From Selaginella moellendorffii (Eukaryota > Plantae > Lycopodiophyta): a stretch of 64,000 nucleotides of DNA. The notes below the pieces were generated by a model. That model had not been told where the DNA came from. It saw only the letters and a list, made by a program, of their open reading frames with translations, and did not search any database. The position numbers and the translations under genes are program-made. Shown here piece by piece: positions 34,860-53,135 of this stretch (position 1 is its first letter; each line of letters begins with the position of its first letter). Where the stretch lies: NCBI RefSeq assembly GCF_000143415.4, contig NW_003314352.1, positions 364,278 to 428,277 on the forward strand, written 5' to 3'.

Positions 34860-35280
34860 CCCTGAGAGAAGAAAGAAGTAGCCAAGCTATTCATGGAAAA
34901 ACAGAAGAGGAGCTATTGTCTCATGCAAAGCAAGCAAAAGAGAAGCAGCAAGAGTGTGTTCAGGAAGAATGCAAGGAACAGGAGGTTTTGCAACATGTGA
35001 AAGAACTGCTCAATCAAATTGTGCTTGCGAGACTTGAATAGCTCGAGGCACAGATGGCTGCAGAAGGCAAGCAGGTGGCTGCACAGAACATTAAGCAAAA
35101 CTAATGCGCGCTCATTGCTGTGCAAAACCAAAGGTTGAAGGCCTCAAAACTCATGAGCGTGAGCTCAGTTTGACAAGAAGGTTGAGGCTCTCAGAAATGA
35201 GGTTCGCGATCTCAGAGCTCAAACTGTGGCTTTCCAGGCCAAGGTTCTCAAACTCGAGACTGAGCTCACTGTGGTGTTCT
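34860..35280 (+). pseudogene. Interrupted coiled-coil-like coding remnant of unknown origin
   Basis: Frame reads EEELLSHAKQAKEKQQECVQEECKEQEVLQHVKELLNQIVLARLE*LEAQMAAEG... with in-frame stops. Confidence 0.35.
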
Positions 35281-35299
35281 TTGTCATACTTCAATTTAC

Positions 35300-35510
35300 A
35301 TAATTTTTTTTGTCTTACTATCTTTTCTCCTCAGTTGTCTACTTTTTGGTGTTTTCTCTTCAATCTTAAGACGATTTTGCTGCTGAAGCTCCCACAATTC
35401 CCTTCCTTTGTCTTTTTTGCTACTGATTTTTCTAGCTTGTAAATTATAGTTCAGGGAGCTTGCAATCACGCCACTACATTCTCAAGTGGGTAAACTCTCG
35501 AGTTCCCGCG
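35300..35510 (+). pseudogene. APC11 pseudogene fragment (intron 3 remnant plus start of exon 4)
   Basis: tttgctactga...gggagcttgcaatcacg...attctcaagtgggtaaactc matches 17639-17740, with internal deletions. Confidence 0.8.
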
Positions 35511-35908
35511 CAAGAATTTTAGATCCATAAAAGAAAACTCTTGAAGAACAACCACATGAGAATCTTTCAACAGCACTATATCATTGGGATGAAAAGATGT
35601 TAAGTTGCAAAAACTTTCACTAATATTTGCAAAAATGTGTCATTTGCGAAATGAAAAAGATTGAACCATAGTTGTTATGGCATAGCTAAATAGCTTGTCT
35701 GTATTTGTCAGCAAACGAAGCTCACGAGATCAAAACGGCTTACTACAATTTGTGGGTCTCATGCGCCCCTGTAAGGGTTAATGAATGAAGGAATAAATAC
35801 AAAGTAGTCAAGCTTAATGACACCTCTAAACCACTCTTGTGCTAATAAAATACACGTTTTGCATCTCTCTTCTTGGCACATAAGGATGAAAGGATGAATT
35901 TTCATTGC

Positions 35909-37816
35909 TCAGTTGTTTTGCGTGCGTTTGTGTTTTTCTTGCTTGGAAAGCGCTCTCTCTTTCGTTTGAGCGCCTACATTCCAATCCAATCCACAGTAGA
36001 TGCTCGCAAGCGCCAGAATTGGTCCCGAGTTCCCTGGCTCCAGATCGAGCACAAGCTGCTCCGCCGCTCGAATCGCCCGCCCCAGATCCCTCTGGATCCG
36101 GCACCCATTGAGCAGCGAACCCCACACCGCGCCGCCGGGCACGAATGGCATCGCGTCCACCAATTCCTCCGCTCGCTCGATCTCCCCGGCGCGCCCCAGG
36201 AGATCCACCGCGCAGCACCAGTGATCGCACGAACTCTCGATCCCATAGTCCGCTTGCGTCGACACGAAGTAGCAGACCCCTCGATCGAGCTCCCCGGCGT
36301 GGCTGCAGGCGTCCATCACCGTGATCATCGCGACGCGGTCGGGGATGACGCCCGAGAGCTCCATCTCGCGGAAAAGCTCCAGCGCGCGCTCCGGATGCCC
36401 GGTCCGGGCATATCCGCCCACCATTCCGGTCCACGCCACGACCGTCCTTGACCGCTCGGGAACGCCGATGAACGCCTCCCAGGCGCGGTCGATCCGCCCG
36501 TTCTGGGCGTAGAGGCCGATCATCATGGCGCACGCGAGTGGATCCTCCTTGTCCGGGATCTCCCGAAAGAGCGATTCCGCCATGGCGACCAGGTTGTTCT
36601 CCGCGGCCGCCGAGAGGACCGAGTTCCACGCCAGGCCGCTCCAATTGGGCATCCTCGCGAGCGCGTCCCTGGCTCGATCCAGCTCGCCCAGATGGACGTA
36701 GCAGCCCAGGAAAGCGGCCCACGAGACGAGATCGTGCGTGGGCATTGCATCGAAGCACCTCTCCACCCCCTCGCGATCGCAGCGCTGGGCGTGGGCGTGG
36801 AGCATCGCCGTCCAGGAGATCGTGTTCCTGGCAGCGTCGGGCATGGAGTCAAAGACCCATCTCGCGAATTCGAGCTCGCCACTCGCCCCAAAGGCCGAGA
36901 TGATCGAGTTGCACGACACAACGTCGAGCTGTGGCGAGCGATGGAAGAGACGCGCGGATTGATCCAGGTCTCCGGCTTGGGCGAATGCGAAGGCAATGCT
37001 CGTCCACGACGCCACGTCTCGCTCGGGCATCTCGTCGAAAATGGCCTTGGCCTGCACGATCCAGCCGCTGCGAATCAATCCCTGGAGCATCGAGTTTGCG
37101 GCAACACGATTGTGCTTCGGCATCCGCCCAAACACCGCCTTTGATCTCTCCAAATGCCCAATCCGGGCATACGATTGGACCAGCGCTGTCCAGGTCGCGA
37201 TGCTGCGATCCACGCTCGCTATGAAAGCCTCCAGCGCTCGCTCGGTCTGGCCGGCAGCGCCGTAGCAAAGAATGAGCCCGACCCACGACCAAGAGTTCGC
37301 CTCCGGCATTGAATCAAACACCTCTTTCGTGCGATCGATTTGCCCGAGCTGGGCAAACGCTTGGACCATCAAATTTCCAGACACAGCGTTTCTCTGCGGC
37401 ATTCTATCAAAGTATCCATTTGCTATGCTTGTTTTGCCTTCTTGAAGGAAAGCAGTGATCACTGTGTTCCAGGAAACCACATCCTTTTGCGGAGTTTCTT
37501 CAAAAAGCATCTTTGCCTCGTACACATGCCCGTTTTGGGCATATGCCGCGATCAAGATGTTCCACGAGATGGCATCGCGCTGAGAAATGGAATCGAAGAC
37601 CTTCCTCGCGTTTTCGACGCTGCCACATTTTCCATACATGATGACGAGCTGATCGGCAAGGAACTTATTCGATCTGTGGGCTGGGCAGGCCAGGAGCCGG
37701 GAGTGGACGTCTTTGGCCTGGGCGAGGTCCTTTGCTTCGCCGCAGCAGCGGATCAGTGAAGCGAGCGTCTCCTTGGTAGCTGCAGCCGAATTGCTGCGTG
37801 ATGCCACCAGCCTCAT
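35909..37816 (-). CDS. Pentatricopeptide repeat protein, PLS class with E domain, no DYW (intronless, 635 aa)
   Basis: [72 protein letters not shown]...WGSLLNGC...LEPGNSGPILALASIY. Confidence 0.92.
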   Translation of the reverse strand: MRLVASRSNSAAATKETLASLIRCCGEAKDLAQAKDVHSRLLACPAHRSNKFLADQLVIMYGKCGSVENARKVFDSISQRDAISWNILIAAYAQNGHVYEAKMLFEETPQKDVVSWNTVITAFLQEGKTSIANGYFDRMPQRNAVSGNLMVQAFAQLGQIDRTKEVFDSMPEANSWSWVGLILCYGAAGQTERALEAFIASVDRSIATWTALVQSYARIGHLERSKAVFGRMPKHNRVAANSMLQGLIRSGWIVQAKAIFDEMPERDVASWTSIAFAFAQAGDLDQSARLFHRSPQLDVVSCNSIISAFGASGELEFARWVFDSMPDAARNTISWTAMLHAHAQRCDREGVERCFDAMPTHDLVSWAAFLGCYVHLGELDRARDALARMPNWSGLAWNSVLSAAAENNLVAMAESLFREIPDKEDPLACAMMIGLYAQNGRIDRAWEAFIGVPERSRTVVAWTGMVGGYARTGHPERALELFREMELSGVIPDRVAMITVMDACSHAGELDRGVCYFVSTQADYGIESSCDHWCCAVDLLGRAGEIERAEELVDAMPFVPGGAVWGSLLNGCRIQRDLGRAIRAAEQLVLDLEPGNSGPILALASIYCGLDWNVGAQTKERALSKQEKHKRTQNN

Positions 37817-39381
37817 TGACCAGCATTGTCGACTGAACTAATTTCATGATTAGGGTTTAAATTTAAAAGATCCAGCAAGAAATGCAGATCGTAAAGACTA
37901 ATTTAAAAAATATCTAAACTGTGGTAAACGGTAGGTAATGGTACTAATGCAGATTTTAAATGTTTCAAAGTTCTGTCACTGTTGGTATGTACAAAATACT
38001 ATCAGTGTTTAAAGAGATTTATTTTAAAAGCTAAATAGTAAATAAAAAATATTTAAAAATATAAAAACAAAAAAAAAGTAAACATAAAATTTTGAAAAAT
38101 TTGTAATAAAAACATATATGGCTCATACTCATACTATATTTTTATTTTAAGTGACACCATTAAATTAAAATTATACAAATAAATATATAAAAGTAGAAAA
38201 ATAAAAAATTTAACTTCAAAATAAAAATATTACATGTTCCACTCTACATGCACTTCCATCACTATTTGTATATTATAGAAATCTATAAAATATTATAAGG
38301 AGCATAGGGTAAAACTGATTTTTCCAAAAAAAAGATTTAAATTTTTTTTTAAAAACTCAGTAGTAAATAAATAAAAATTTCAACAAATAAAAAAATAAAA
38401 AAACCTTATATTTATAATTACAAAACTGCATATCAGAAACTTTATTTTACTTAAAATAAAAATATTATCATATTCTTAATTTATGTTATTTTAAATTTTA
38501 CATTTACATCAGAGAAAGATAAAAACAAATTCACTAAGATAAAAATAAATGTATAAAAACAATATTTTAATGATAAAATTTATTCTTTATAAATTAATTA
38601 AATAAGTTTTAAGGTTTATGTGAAAGTTATAAAAATAATGGAGTTATTAACATTTCCAAAGTCAATAAATTTTTAAATATTCAGTTGTAAAATAAAAAAG
38701 CTGTAAAACCTTTATATTGTTATAAAATAAATAACAACTAAGGAAAAGAAAACTAAACCTTTACAAAAAGATGCCAAAAATTACACATAACATAGAAAAA
38801 ACACTATATTATAAAATAATTTTGATTATTATTTATCTTACTTTATGCTTATTATTATTTTTATTTACTGGTAAAAATAAATAATAAATCAGAATTTTAT
38901 TATTAAATAAAATAAAACAAAAGCCGCGATACTGGGAGAAAGGATATAACTTTGGCCACAGACTTGCATTATCATGTTGGGCTCGTAAAGGTTCCTCCGA
39001 AATCTGGTTTGTAGCTAACAGCCATTGCTACCACAGCTTTGCATCAAAAACGATATTTATTTAATTATGATTCTATATAAGAAAATAAATTATAATAAAA
39101 ATAAATTATCACAATTTTATTATTTTGCATTTATTATTTTTCTTAATTAGAATTTTTTTGTAAATTATAATATTTAAAATAATTAAAATTTCACAAATTC
39201 ATATATTTTTCAATGAAGTTGAAAATAATTATGGCTTTATTATTGTTATTATAAGTATCCATAACTTTATTAGTCCATTTCTTTATAATAAAAGTTCTTT
39301 TAACACATAAAATAAAAAGTTCATTCTATTTAAACTTTTTTATAAATTTTTTTTAAAATAAAACATTTTTAAATTTAAATC

Positions 39382-42300
39382 TGTGAGGGCTGTATGGCTA
39401 CGATGCCATATACTAATATTAACATACTGGGATTTTGGTAGTCGTCGCATTGGTTTCAATTCGGACCACTCACTCTTGTATATTGATATAACAATATACA
39501 TATGATATGCATATTTTCTATATTCCCTTTCCATATTCCAAGCATTCACATTGGTGGAGGTGAGGGGCACTTTTGATTGTACCTAAGGAGTGTTTAGATT
39601 TGGGATTTTGGTTTAAATCTAGCTTTTGCATTGTCTAGATCTAGCTTTTTCCATTTCCTTTCTTTTATTCTTTCATTTCAGGATTTTGGTTTAAATCTAA
39701 CTTTTTGTATTGTCTAGATCTCTATTTCCTTCTAGCTTTTTGTCATTTCTCTTTTTTTGCTTTTTCCTTTTCGTTGATCTTCATGGTAGATCTACAATCT
39801 CCTCTTTTGACTCTAGAGTAGAAGTTAGTACAATTGCTTGATACTATGCATTTGCAATTGAACAACCAAACTCAGTTGATGGCGGCATTTACGGCATGTG
39901 GAACAACTCCTCTTACTCTTGGTGCCAATCATTGCGTTCGGCCAGAGTTCTTTCATAGGAATCCTAGGGATGATGGTTCGATCACTTCACTGTGATTGCC
40001 ATATATCATTCTTGGGATGATGCTCAACGTTTGCGTGAGTTTCCCATATGTTTCTAAGGAACGGCATTACAATGGTACAATATTTTGAGTGCAGCCACTC
40101 GTGAGGATTGGAGTGGTCTCCTGGATGTTTTCAAACGCATATTCGGACATGTTGACGATTGTGATAATGCCTTTCAACAATTGCATTGTCTTTGCCAAAG
40201 GCCATCTGAGTCGGTGATGCAATTTGGCGTTCGTTTTCAAAGTCTTTTGCTTCGTGCGGAGCCAAATATGTCGAAGTGGATCAAGCTAGGAATGTTGTGG
40301 CCAGCACTTTGTCAAAATCTTGTCAGACTTGTGCATGCACTTGCTCCCGCCACACTTAACAATGTTTTTCGTTTGGCACAACATTATGAGACATCACCTC
40401 TTCCACTTCTCGCTGCACATCCTTTAGCTCCACTTCTTATGGGTGATGGTCTTGTTCCAATGGAGGTTGATGCTACTACTGCTCGAGTTCAAAGACAAGG
40501 GCGAGGACGTGGTCATGGCTGTGATGTTTGTTGTTGGGCGTGTGATGAAGTTGGTCATACTTATTGACGTTGTCGGCATTTTCCAGATTGGCAATCTCCA
40601 TTTCCTGGGTGAAGATCTTGGTGTCAACAACGTCCTATTGGTGCTGCTGCAATGGAAGGTCTGGACACTGAGATGCATCCGGGAAATGAAGAGTCGCGTG
40701 AGTAACGAAGGGACCTTGTGCGAATAAGTTAGTGACCCCTCCATCTTTCTTTCGGGAGTATTATCAAGGGGTTCATTTAGCACTAGTTCATTTAGTGTTT
40801 ACTTTCCAAGCTCATTTTTATAACAAGAGGTCTCCTATTATTTTCTCTGTGTTGATTGATACAAGTTCGAGTTTATCTTCTATTGCTCGACCTGTTGCCA
40901 CACTTTGCCATCTACATTTGCGTCGTGCGGCAAAACCAGTTTTTATTCTTTATAGCAATAGGCATAAAAATGCATGTGCATGGGATGAGGTAGACTTGGT
41001 TGTGTGTGTGGGCGATCTCGAGCTTGAGTTGCAGCCATTGCAAGTGGTGCTGAGTCAAGCTTTTGACTTCATCCTTGGTATGGATTAGCTGTAGCGCAAT
41101 CATGCCAAATGAGACTTTAAGGTTTCTCCCCCTTGTCTCATACTTCCTTATGTTTCATCCATTCCTTTCACTTCCGTACCTCTTCATTTCTCTACTTCTA
41201 CCTCTACTTCCATTACTTTTGTTCCCCCATTATTTCCTCCTATGCTTTTGTTTTGTTTTGCTCTTCCCTTTTTCGATCCCTCTGACAATCTTTGTCTTGT
41301 AGTGGTTGACAGACTCATGAAGGAGTATTCTGATTTCTTTGACTTTGACCTATCATCTGAGGCCAAGATTGCTACACGTCATCCGATTCCAACCAGAGAT
41401 GCTTGTCCAATCAAGGTTCTTGTTTGTTGTCGGTCACCCAAAGAGATCAAGATTTTACGTGCAAACGTCAAGGAGATGTTGAAGAAGGGTGTTATTTGGA
41501 AGTCGCAAAATCTTTGGGCATGTAAACTTTAACTTGTGACAAAGCCTGATGGGAGTATTCGATTCTGTATTGACTATCGTCCATTAAACGAAGTGGACGA
41601 TCTCGGATGTGTACCCTCTTCCTCACACTACTGATCTCTTATATCGTCTGGGGTGAAGTCATTGGTTCACCAAGTTAGATCTTGCTTCTGGGTACTGGCA
41701 AGTACCAATGGCCGAAGAAGATATTTCTAAGACTGCTTTTCATACACCATTTAGTTTGTACGAGTTCTTGGTGATGCCGTTTAGTTTGAACAATGCTCCA
41801 GCAACTTTCTAGCAGATGATGGACGAGGTTCTTTGCGATATGCCGAAGGTGACTGCTGACTTTATTGATGATGTCTTGATCCACTTGGAGGGGACGTAGA
41901 AAGAGCATGTTTGTGATATTTGTAAAGTGTTAGATCAGCTACAGAACGTTGGTTTAAAGTTGAAGCAGTTGAAGTGTATGTTTGGATCCAAGGACACAAC
42001 TTATCTTGGGTACTATATTTCTCGTGAGGGTTTGCAAGTTGATTCTAACAAACTTGTGGCTGTTCTAAAGTTCTTTACTCTGAAGTGTGTGAATGATGTG
42101 CAACACTTTTTATATCAATTGTTTTGTGGATCATATTTCTAATTGCACTACACCATTGTGAGCATTGTTGAAGTCATCAACGTCATCTTTCATTTAGTCT
42201 CTGGATTGTGAGGGGGCGTTCATGGATCTCAAAGAACTATTAATGACTCCTCCGGTTTTGGCATATCTTGACTACATTTGACCTTTTATTTTGCTCGTAG

Positions 42301-44355
42301 ATGCTTTTGATATTGGTCTTGGAGGTGTGTTGATGCAAGAGAGTCCGAGTGTGCCTGGTCAGTGCCATCCCATTGTGTATATAAACTGTACATTGCAACT
42401 AGCAGAGGTGAACTACTCCATAACAGAGAAGGAGTGTTTAGCAACAATCTAGGGTTTCAAGAAACTTCATGCATATCTACATGGTTCTCAGACGTTACTT
42501 GAGGGTGACCATGCTGCCGTTACTTCATTATTGAAGCGAAAGAACTTTGTTAATTATATTACTTGGTGGGCTTTAAGACTTTAGATATATGATTTTGATG
42601 TTGTTCATCACCCAGGGAATTCTATGGCTGATGCTAATGCCCTTTCTTGAGCTCCTCTTCCTTCTCCACTCTCTTCTCATGTTTTTGACGAGCTTGTTAT
42701 TTTAGCATCTTTGGATTTTCTAGACAAGGATTTTGTGCCGTCAGCGGTTGCTATACTTGATGTTCAGTGTCTACAAGGTGTAAAGCAAAATCTACCTTCT
42801 CTTGATGAAGTTCGCAAGGCTCAAAAGACTGAGCCATGGATTTGAAGGCTTCGAGATTGGTTTACATCACTTGTTGATGCCTTGCCATTTCGGCATTTAC
42901 ATTCTCAATATTGCATTGAAGACGGCCTTTTTTATTTTGTGGGGATGGATCTTGATGATCATTTATGGCTGGTGATGCCTTTTGTCTTTATTCTGCTGTT
43001 TTTCCATGCCTACCATGATTCTCTTGTTCTAGGTAGGCATATGGGACATCATCGTATGACCGAGAAGCTGCACAGGTCTTTCTATTGGCCAGAGATGCGA
43101 CATGATATTATTCGGTATATGCGTAGTTGCATTTGGTGCCAAGCTCGTAATACTCCCCCTCGTGCCGTAGAAGGACTATTGGAGTTAATTACAGTTTCCT
43201 GTCCATTTGAGTTGGTGGTATTTGATCTTATGGGACCTTTTCCATTGTTAACTACTAGCAATGAGTATGTTATTATTGCTTCTAACTACTTGACTCGTTG
43301 GGTGGAAGTTGATGTTCTTGCTAGTGCCTCTACAACTGCTATTGAATACTTCCTCCTCAATCGAGTGGTGTTTTAGCATTCTTGTCTAGAGCGGATTCTT
43401 TTGGATAATGGTCCCGCATTTATGGTAGAGGCATTTCATATTTTGACATCTCAGTTAGGGATATGCCACACTTTTACGAGTGCTTATCATCCACAATCAG
43501 ACGGTTTAGTGGAACAGCTTGTTCAGACGTTCAAAAGGATGATCGCGAAGTATGTGAACTTTCAGCATTCAGATTGGGATGGTTATTTGCCGTCTCTTTG
43601 GTATGCATATGTCACAGGGGTGCAGAGTGTTGTTGATGCTTCACCATATAAACTTCTATATAGTTATGATCCAATATTACCAACGGAGCTAAGTTTACCT
43701 TCATGATTGCCACGAGCTGCCGATGCTAGGTCATGGGATTAGTATTTAACAAGCATTCTTCCACTTGTTCGAGCAGAGTCTGCCAAACACTTAGGCCATG
43801 TACAAGTGGGACAACAACAGCACTACAACTCCCATCATCGTCCACCTACGGAATATCAAATGGATGACTTGGTGTTAATCTATTTTCCCTATCTTACGGT
43901 ATGTGGTTTATCTAAGGGGCTCCTTGCTCAGTGGAAAGGACCATATTAGGTGTTGCAGTAAGTGGGACCACAAGTTTATAAGGTTTGACATAATGTTTAA
44001 TAGGCCGATCCTCCAGAGATTGTGCATGTGTAGTAGTTAAAACATTTCATACAAAAGGATCAAGAGTAGTTAATACCGCCTACAGATCCGCTAATGCCTC
44101 TTCCTAATGTTCCTCCAAATTCTGGCCCATCTATAAGAGAACCCTAATGGTCTTTCATTATTCCGAAAGGAGGGAATGATGTGAGGGCTAAGTGTATGGC
44201 TATGATGCCATATACTAATGTTAGCGTAATGGGATTTTGCTAGCTATTGGATTGGTTTCAATCTGGACCACTTGTTCCTGTATATAAGTTAGGGTTTTTG
44301 GGCTAATTGATATACCCATTTTCTATATTCCCTTTCCATATTCTAAGCACTCACA
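39382..44355 (+). mobile_element. Full-length but defective Ty3/gypsy LTR retrotransposon (copy B); LTRs 39382-39550 and 44180-44355
   Basis: Both LTRs start TGTGAG and end TCACA. PBS TGGTGGAGGTGAGGGG at 39552; PPT gaaaggagggaatga at 44165-44179; flanking AATC/AATC. Gag zinc knuckle CWACDEVGHTY*RC, protease VLIDTS, RT FIDD, integrase HHCC and core (FDLMGPFP, DNGPAF, YHPQSDGLVE), GPY motif. Order is PR-RT-RH-INT. Confidence 0.92.
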
Positions 44356-45328
44356 AATCAAGATTTAGCTTTACACATAAAACACTAACTTTATGGGTGG
44401 ATATATATATATGATATAATCATAAGTGTATATCTTTTACTTTTAAATATTAAAACAAATTAAATATTATTCTTTAAATTTTAAATTTTTAAAATACTTA
44501 AAATAGAAATATGGTTACAATATGAGTTATTAATTAAAAGTTTAAATAAATGTTTAAGAATAAGGATTCATAAATTGTACATAAAAATATAATTAATATT
44601 AGTGATATTTTTTTGAAATAACAATAACATATCATGAGGTAGTAAATGTCAATATAGAAAGTGTGTAATGAGTAAAAACTTGTTTACATAACTAAATTTA
44701 TATAGATTAAACTTGTTATAGAAAAACTAAATAAAAAATAACTAACTAGTAGTAGGTTTGGGATAAATTGTAAAATTAACTTTTAGTTTTTTTAAAAACA
44801 TTCAATAATTATTTGAAACATATAATAGTTGCTAAAGTTTTAATTTTCAAAGTTTTCTTATGTTTTTTCCATGTTTTATCTCAATTTGTTATTATGATAT
44901 TTCTAAATATTTATTTTATATAATTTATTTATTTAAATTTGTAATATTAACAGAAATTATAAGTAATATAATATTGTTAAATGTTAAAGTTTTTTATTAC
45001 ATTCTAAAACTCTTTTATAATAAAAAAGATTACTGTTGAAAATATAATAATTATTCAATTATTATTATATTGAATTGTTTTGAATATGGCAAAATGATAC
45101 ACAATTTCGGATAAACATGTCAAACTTTGACTAAAATAGTTATTCCAATCAATTAATATGTCTTTATGCATAATAATTTATCAATAACCTCATTAATCCT
45201 AATTTAACTTTATTGTATTAAATAAAATTTTCTTAATGTTCATTTTTTAACAATCATTTTCTATTAAATATTTTATTGTCGGACAGAGAAAAGACAAAAA
45301 TTTGGCGGCAAAGAATAGCCCTAATAAG

Positions 45329-46307
45329 ATGAACACCTCTAGGGCAAGGAAATCGCCCAGCGACAAGGCGGCAGCATGGAAGGCCAAGGTGAGTGGCGCT
45401 TTTCTTCATAGCGCTCACTAATTTCTTCGGTTGTAGCTGAGAGAATCGTGCTTGATGCGCATGAACCACCACAGGAGCCAGCTGCTCTGGGAATTGCGAT
45501 CGCCAAAGTCTCAAGAACAGGTGTGGCGTGACTACCTTCATTTGTTTTCTATTGTTTTCCTTCTTCTTTGTGTTTTCCTTGCAGGTGATCAAGGAGATTA
45601 TGAGCAAGGAGCTGGAGAACATCCGGATTGGAGGAGAGGACGGCGATGGTGACATGCTGTGGAACTATTCCTCTGCTGGATCAAAGTCGCCGTCGGAGCT
45701 ATCGCCACAAGAGTACGAGGATCTTATGCTCGCAATGCAAGCGGTTTTGTACCAAGGCACGTATCCTGAGCAGCAGCAGCACGGTATGGATTTTTAATTC
45801 TTGGAACGACAACTTTGAGCTGAGATCTAGCTATAGACGATCTCGAGGACTACGAGAAGGCGACAGCTCTCGAGGATTCCTCGTTGGCCAGTCTTTTCGA
45901 GCAGAATCACCAGGTTTGTCGAGCTTTCTTGACTTCCCTTCGAAACGTTTTGCGATTTCAAGTTCTCTCGCAGGAAAATGGTGTACTTTGCCCGCTTTGT
46001 CGGCGAGGATTCCTGTTGGACAAAGAAAATAGCATCAGATGCAGCAGTAATGGCTGCCTGGACTTGGAAAGTCAGCGCGACAAGCTCAAGGTGAATGAAT
46101 GAATGATTTCACGTTTCAGTGCATAGAACTCGATCGAGCATGTTTGTGCAGGTGGGAGTCGAATTTGTACGCATCCGCTTGGCAGAGCTGATGGATCAAC
46201 ACTACAGCTCGGGTTGTAGCAGCCAACCGGTCTTCACCTTCAAAGACGAGTTCCAGAGCCTGTTCATTCTGTGCAACTCGTGTGACTTCTTCGAGGTTGT
46301 CGTATAG
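45329..46307 (+). CDS. RPA-interacting protein (RIP/RPAIN family), multi-exon
   Basis: N-terminal WKAK|LRESCLMRMNHHRSQLLWELR, acidic middle (YEDLMLAMQ...), C-terminal Cys/His-rich VLCPLCRRG...C..NGC...H...C...LFILCNSCDFFEVVV*. Confidence 0.75.
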
Positions 46308-46507
46308 ATACATAGGCGAAAGGTGTTTTATACAGGCACGGGTGTTTTTCGTTCGCACGCCGGAGCAGGAGATTGATCATCAAAGGCCTCAAGAAGAGAA
46401 TTTCCTTTCTCTGGAAGCTTCGTTTTATAGCTGGAGATGAGATTAGTATGTGTATATAATAAAGTTAACGCTTGCGTCTCAAGAAGCAATATTTCGGGAC
46501 GATCCTG

Positions 46508-51430
<4,923 letters not shown>

Positions 51431-52191
51431 GAGGTGTTTAAAAAGGTTACATTTATAATCACAAAAATTAACCTAAATAAACATTAACCATTAGTGGTAA
51501 AATGTGTCTAATCTAGGCATATCCACTTATAGCAATTGCTTGCCCTAGCCAGACTCTTCAACTTCATAAGCCCCTACTTGAGCATTAGTCCAAGTAATAA
51601 ACAAGTTACAATGAAATCAAGGCAAGAAGAAGTCCAAACCTTGAAAACAATGCAATAGAGTGGGCAAGCAAAAGTCAAATGGTAAACTCCCCTCCTTTAT
51701 GTCCCCATGTTTAATTGCAAACTTGCAAGAGCAGAAGCTTAAGGTCCTTTTCCTGATCAGCCCCTCGGTCAAGAGGTAATGGGTTCTGGTTTGTACTTGA
51801 TCTGAACAGTAATATGGTTATATAGCTGTCCTGGCTGCCAAATATCTCTTTCGGGATCCACAAAGACTTTGAGTCTAATAGGGCCTAGGATAGCAGATAT
51901 CCACCACAATGATTTCTCCATAAGTGCATGGAAAACCTCTTTGACACTTATTTTCATGGGCACGTTCCACAATGCGATCTGGCTATATCGTTATATGCCC
52001 GAGACCATCACTTACAAAGAGATCAACAGTTTTAAATTAATTAGATAATCACAACACTACTTACTCTTCAGATTTAAGTTAAGCCAGAAAGTTTCAAAGG
52101 CACCCATGTTTAATCCAGGGCAGCTTAGCTCAATGGAGCCTTAGCACTTTTGAGTGCCCCTTGTACGCTTTCTACAGAAATCTGTGCCTCT

Positions 52192-53135
52192 TTATCCGGA
52201 GGAAACCTGTAATATGCTAACTCGGTAAGGTGTGAGTACAATCCTGCCATGTCCGCACGAGATAGCTGGGAGCGCTACGTGTTTAATGCCCTCATCGCAA
52301 GTAAATGATATAGCGTCCCTGTAATGGCAAAAGAACAATATATCATATTTTCTACACACTCTGGCATACCTGTAAGTGAAACCAAGATGCTCAGCAGCTT
52401 CTGACTCCGTCTTTGTAATGTGAGTAGCAATGATTTTAGATGCTGGCACTCCTTGTAAAGGGCTGAGAAACAAGTCAGTTAAAAGGTGAAAAACGAAATA
52501 ACGAAAGACATCCAAGCCAGTAAAGAAACCAGTAGGAAACCACGAACCAACATATCTCTGAAAGACAAAAGCTAATGTCAAATGCCAAACATCCCTTTGC
52601 TTTGCCTCTGTGTATCTGACCTCCAACAGGAATTACAATAGCATCATTCTTTCGTCCACAAACCACTCTTTTATGTTCCCGCATTTAATCACAAACTAGC
52701 AAGAGCCGACTTTACAAACAACCTTGAGGTCCTTTTCCTGATAAGAAAATCTCAAACAACATATAGAAAAGAAGAAAAAGAGTTACCTTGAGGTCCATCA
52801 TCCTTATGCAGGGATCCCTGTCCGGCAAAAGGTGACGGGTGTACTCCTAGGGGGCGGAAACCATGGGGCGCAAACCATGGGGTCTAACACCATATAGCCC
52901 TAGCGTCATGTCTTTCGTCTTTGGACGAGTCGTCTTCGTCTTCAGACTCAGATTCATCGGCAGGATCGGGAAATATTTCGATTGGGCCTTCCTCTTTGTC
53001 CTCTGCGGCGCCATATAACTGTCCACTCACCTCTCGAGTCACTCCATTGGCCACTTTCTGTCGCAGCAGCTCTGAATGTCCTGCATTCATCAGCCCCTGT
53101 TCTGGCAATCTGGCGGCAAGCTTCCTCGAGGCCAT
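52192..53135 (-). pseudogene. Divergent, frameshifted macro-domain (ADP-ribose binding) gene with an acidic upstream ORF
   Basis: FVIKCGNIKEWFVDE/(frameshift)/NDAIVIPVGGQIHRG and GIKHVALPAISCG resemble the macro-domain motifs GDIT.W.VD..DAIVN and I..IAFPAISCG. Confidence 0.55.
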
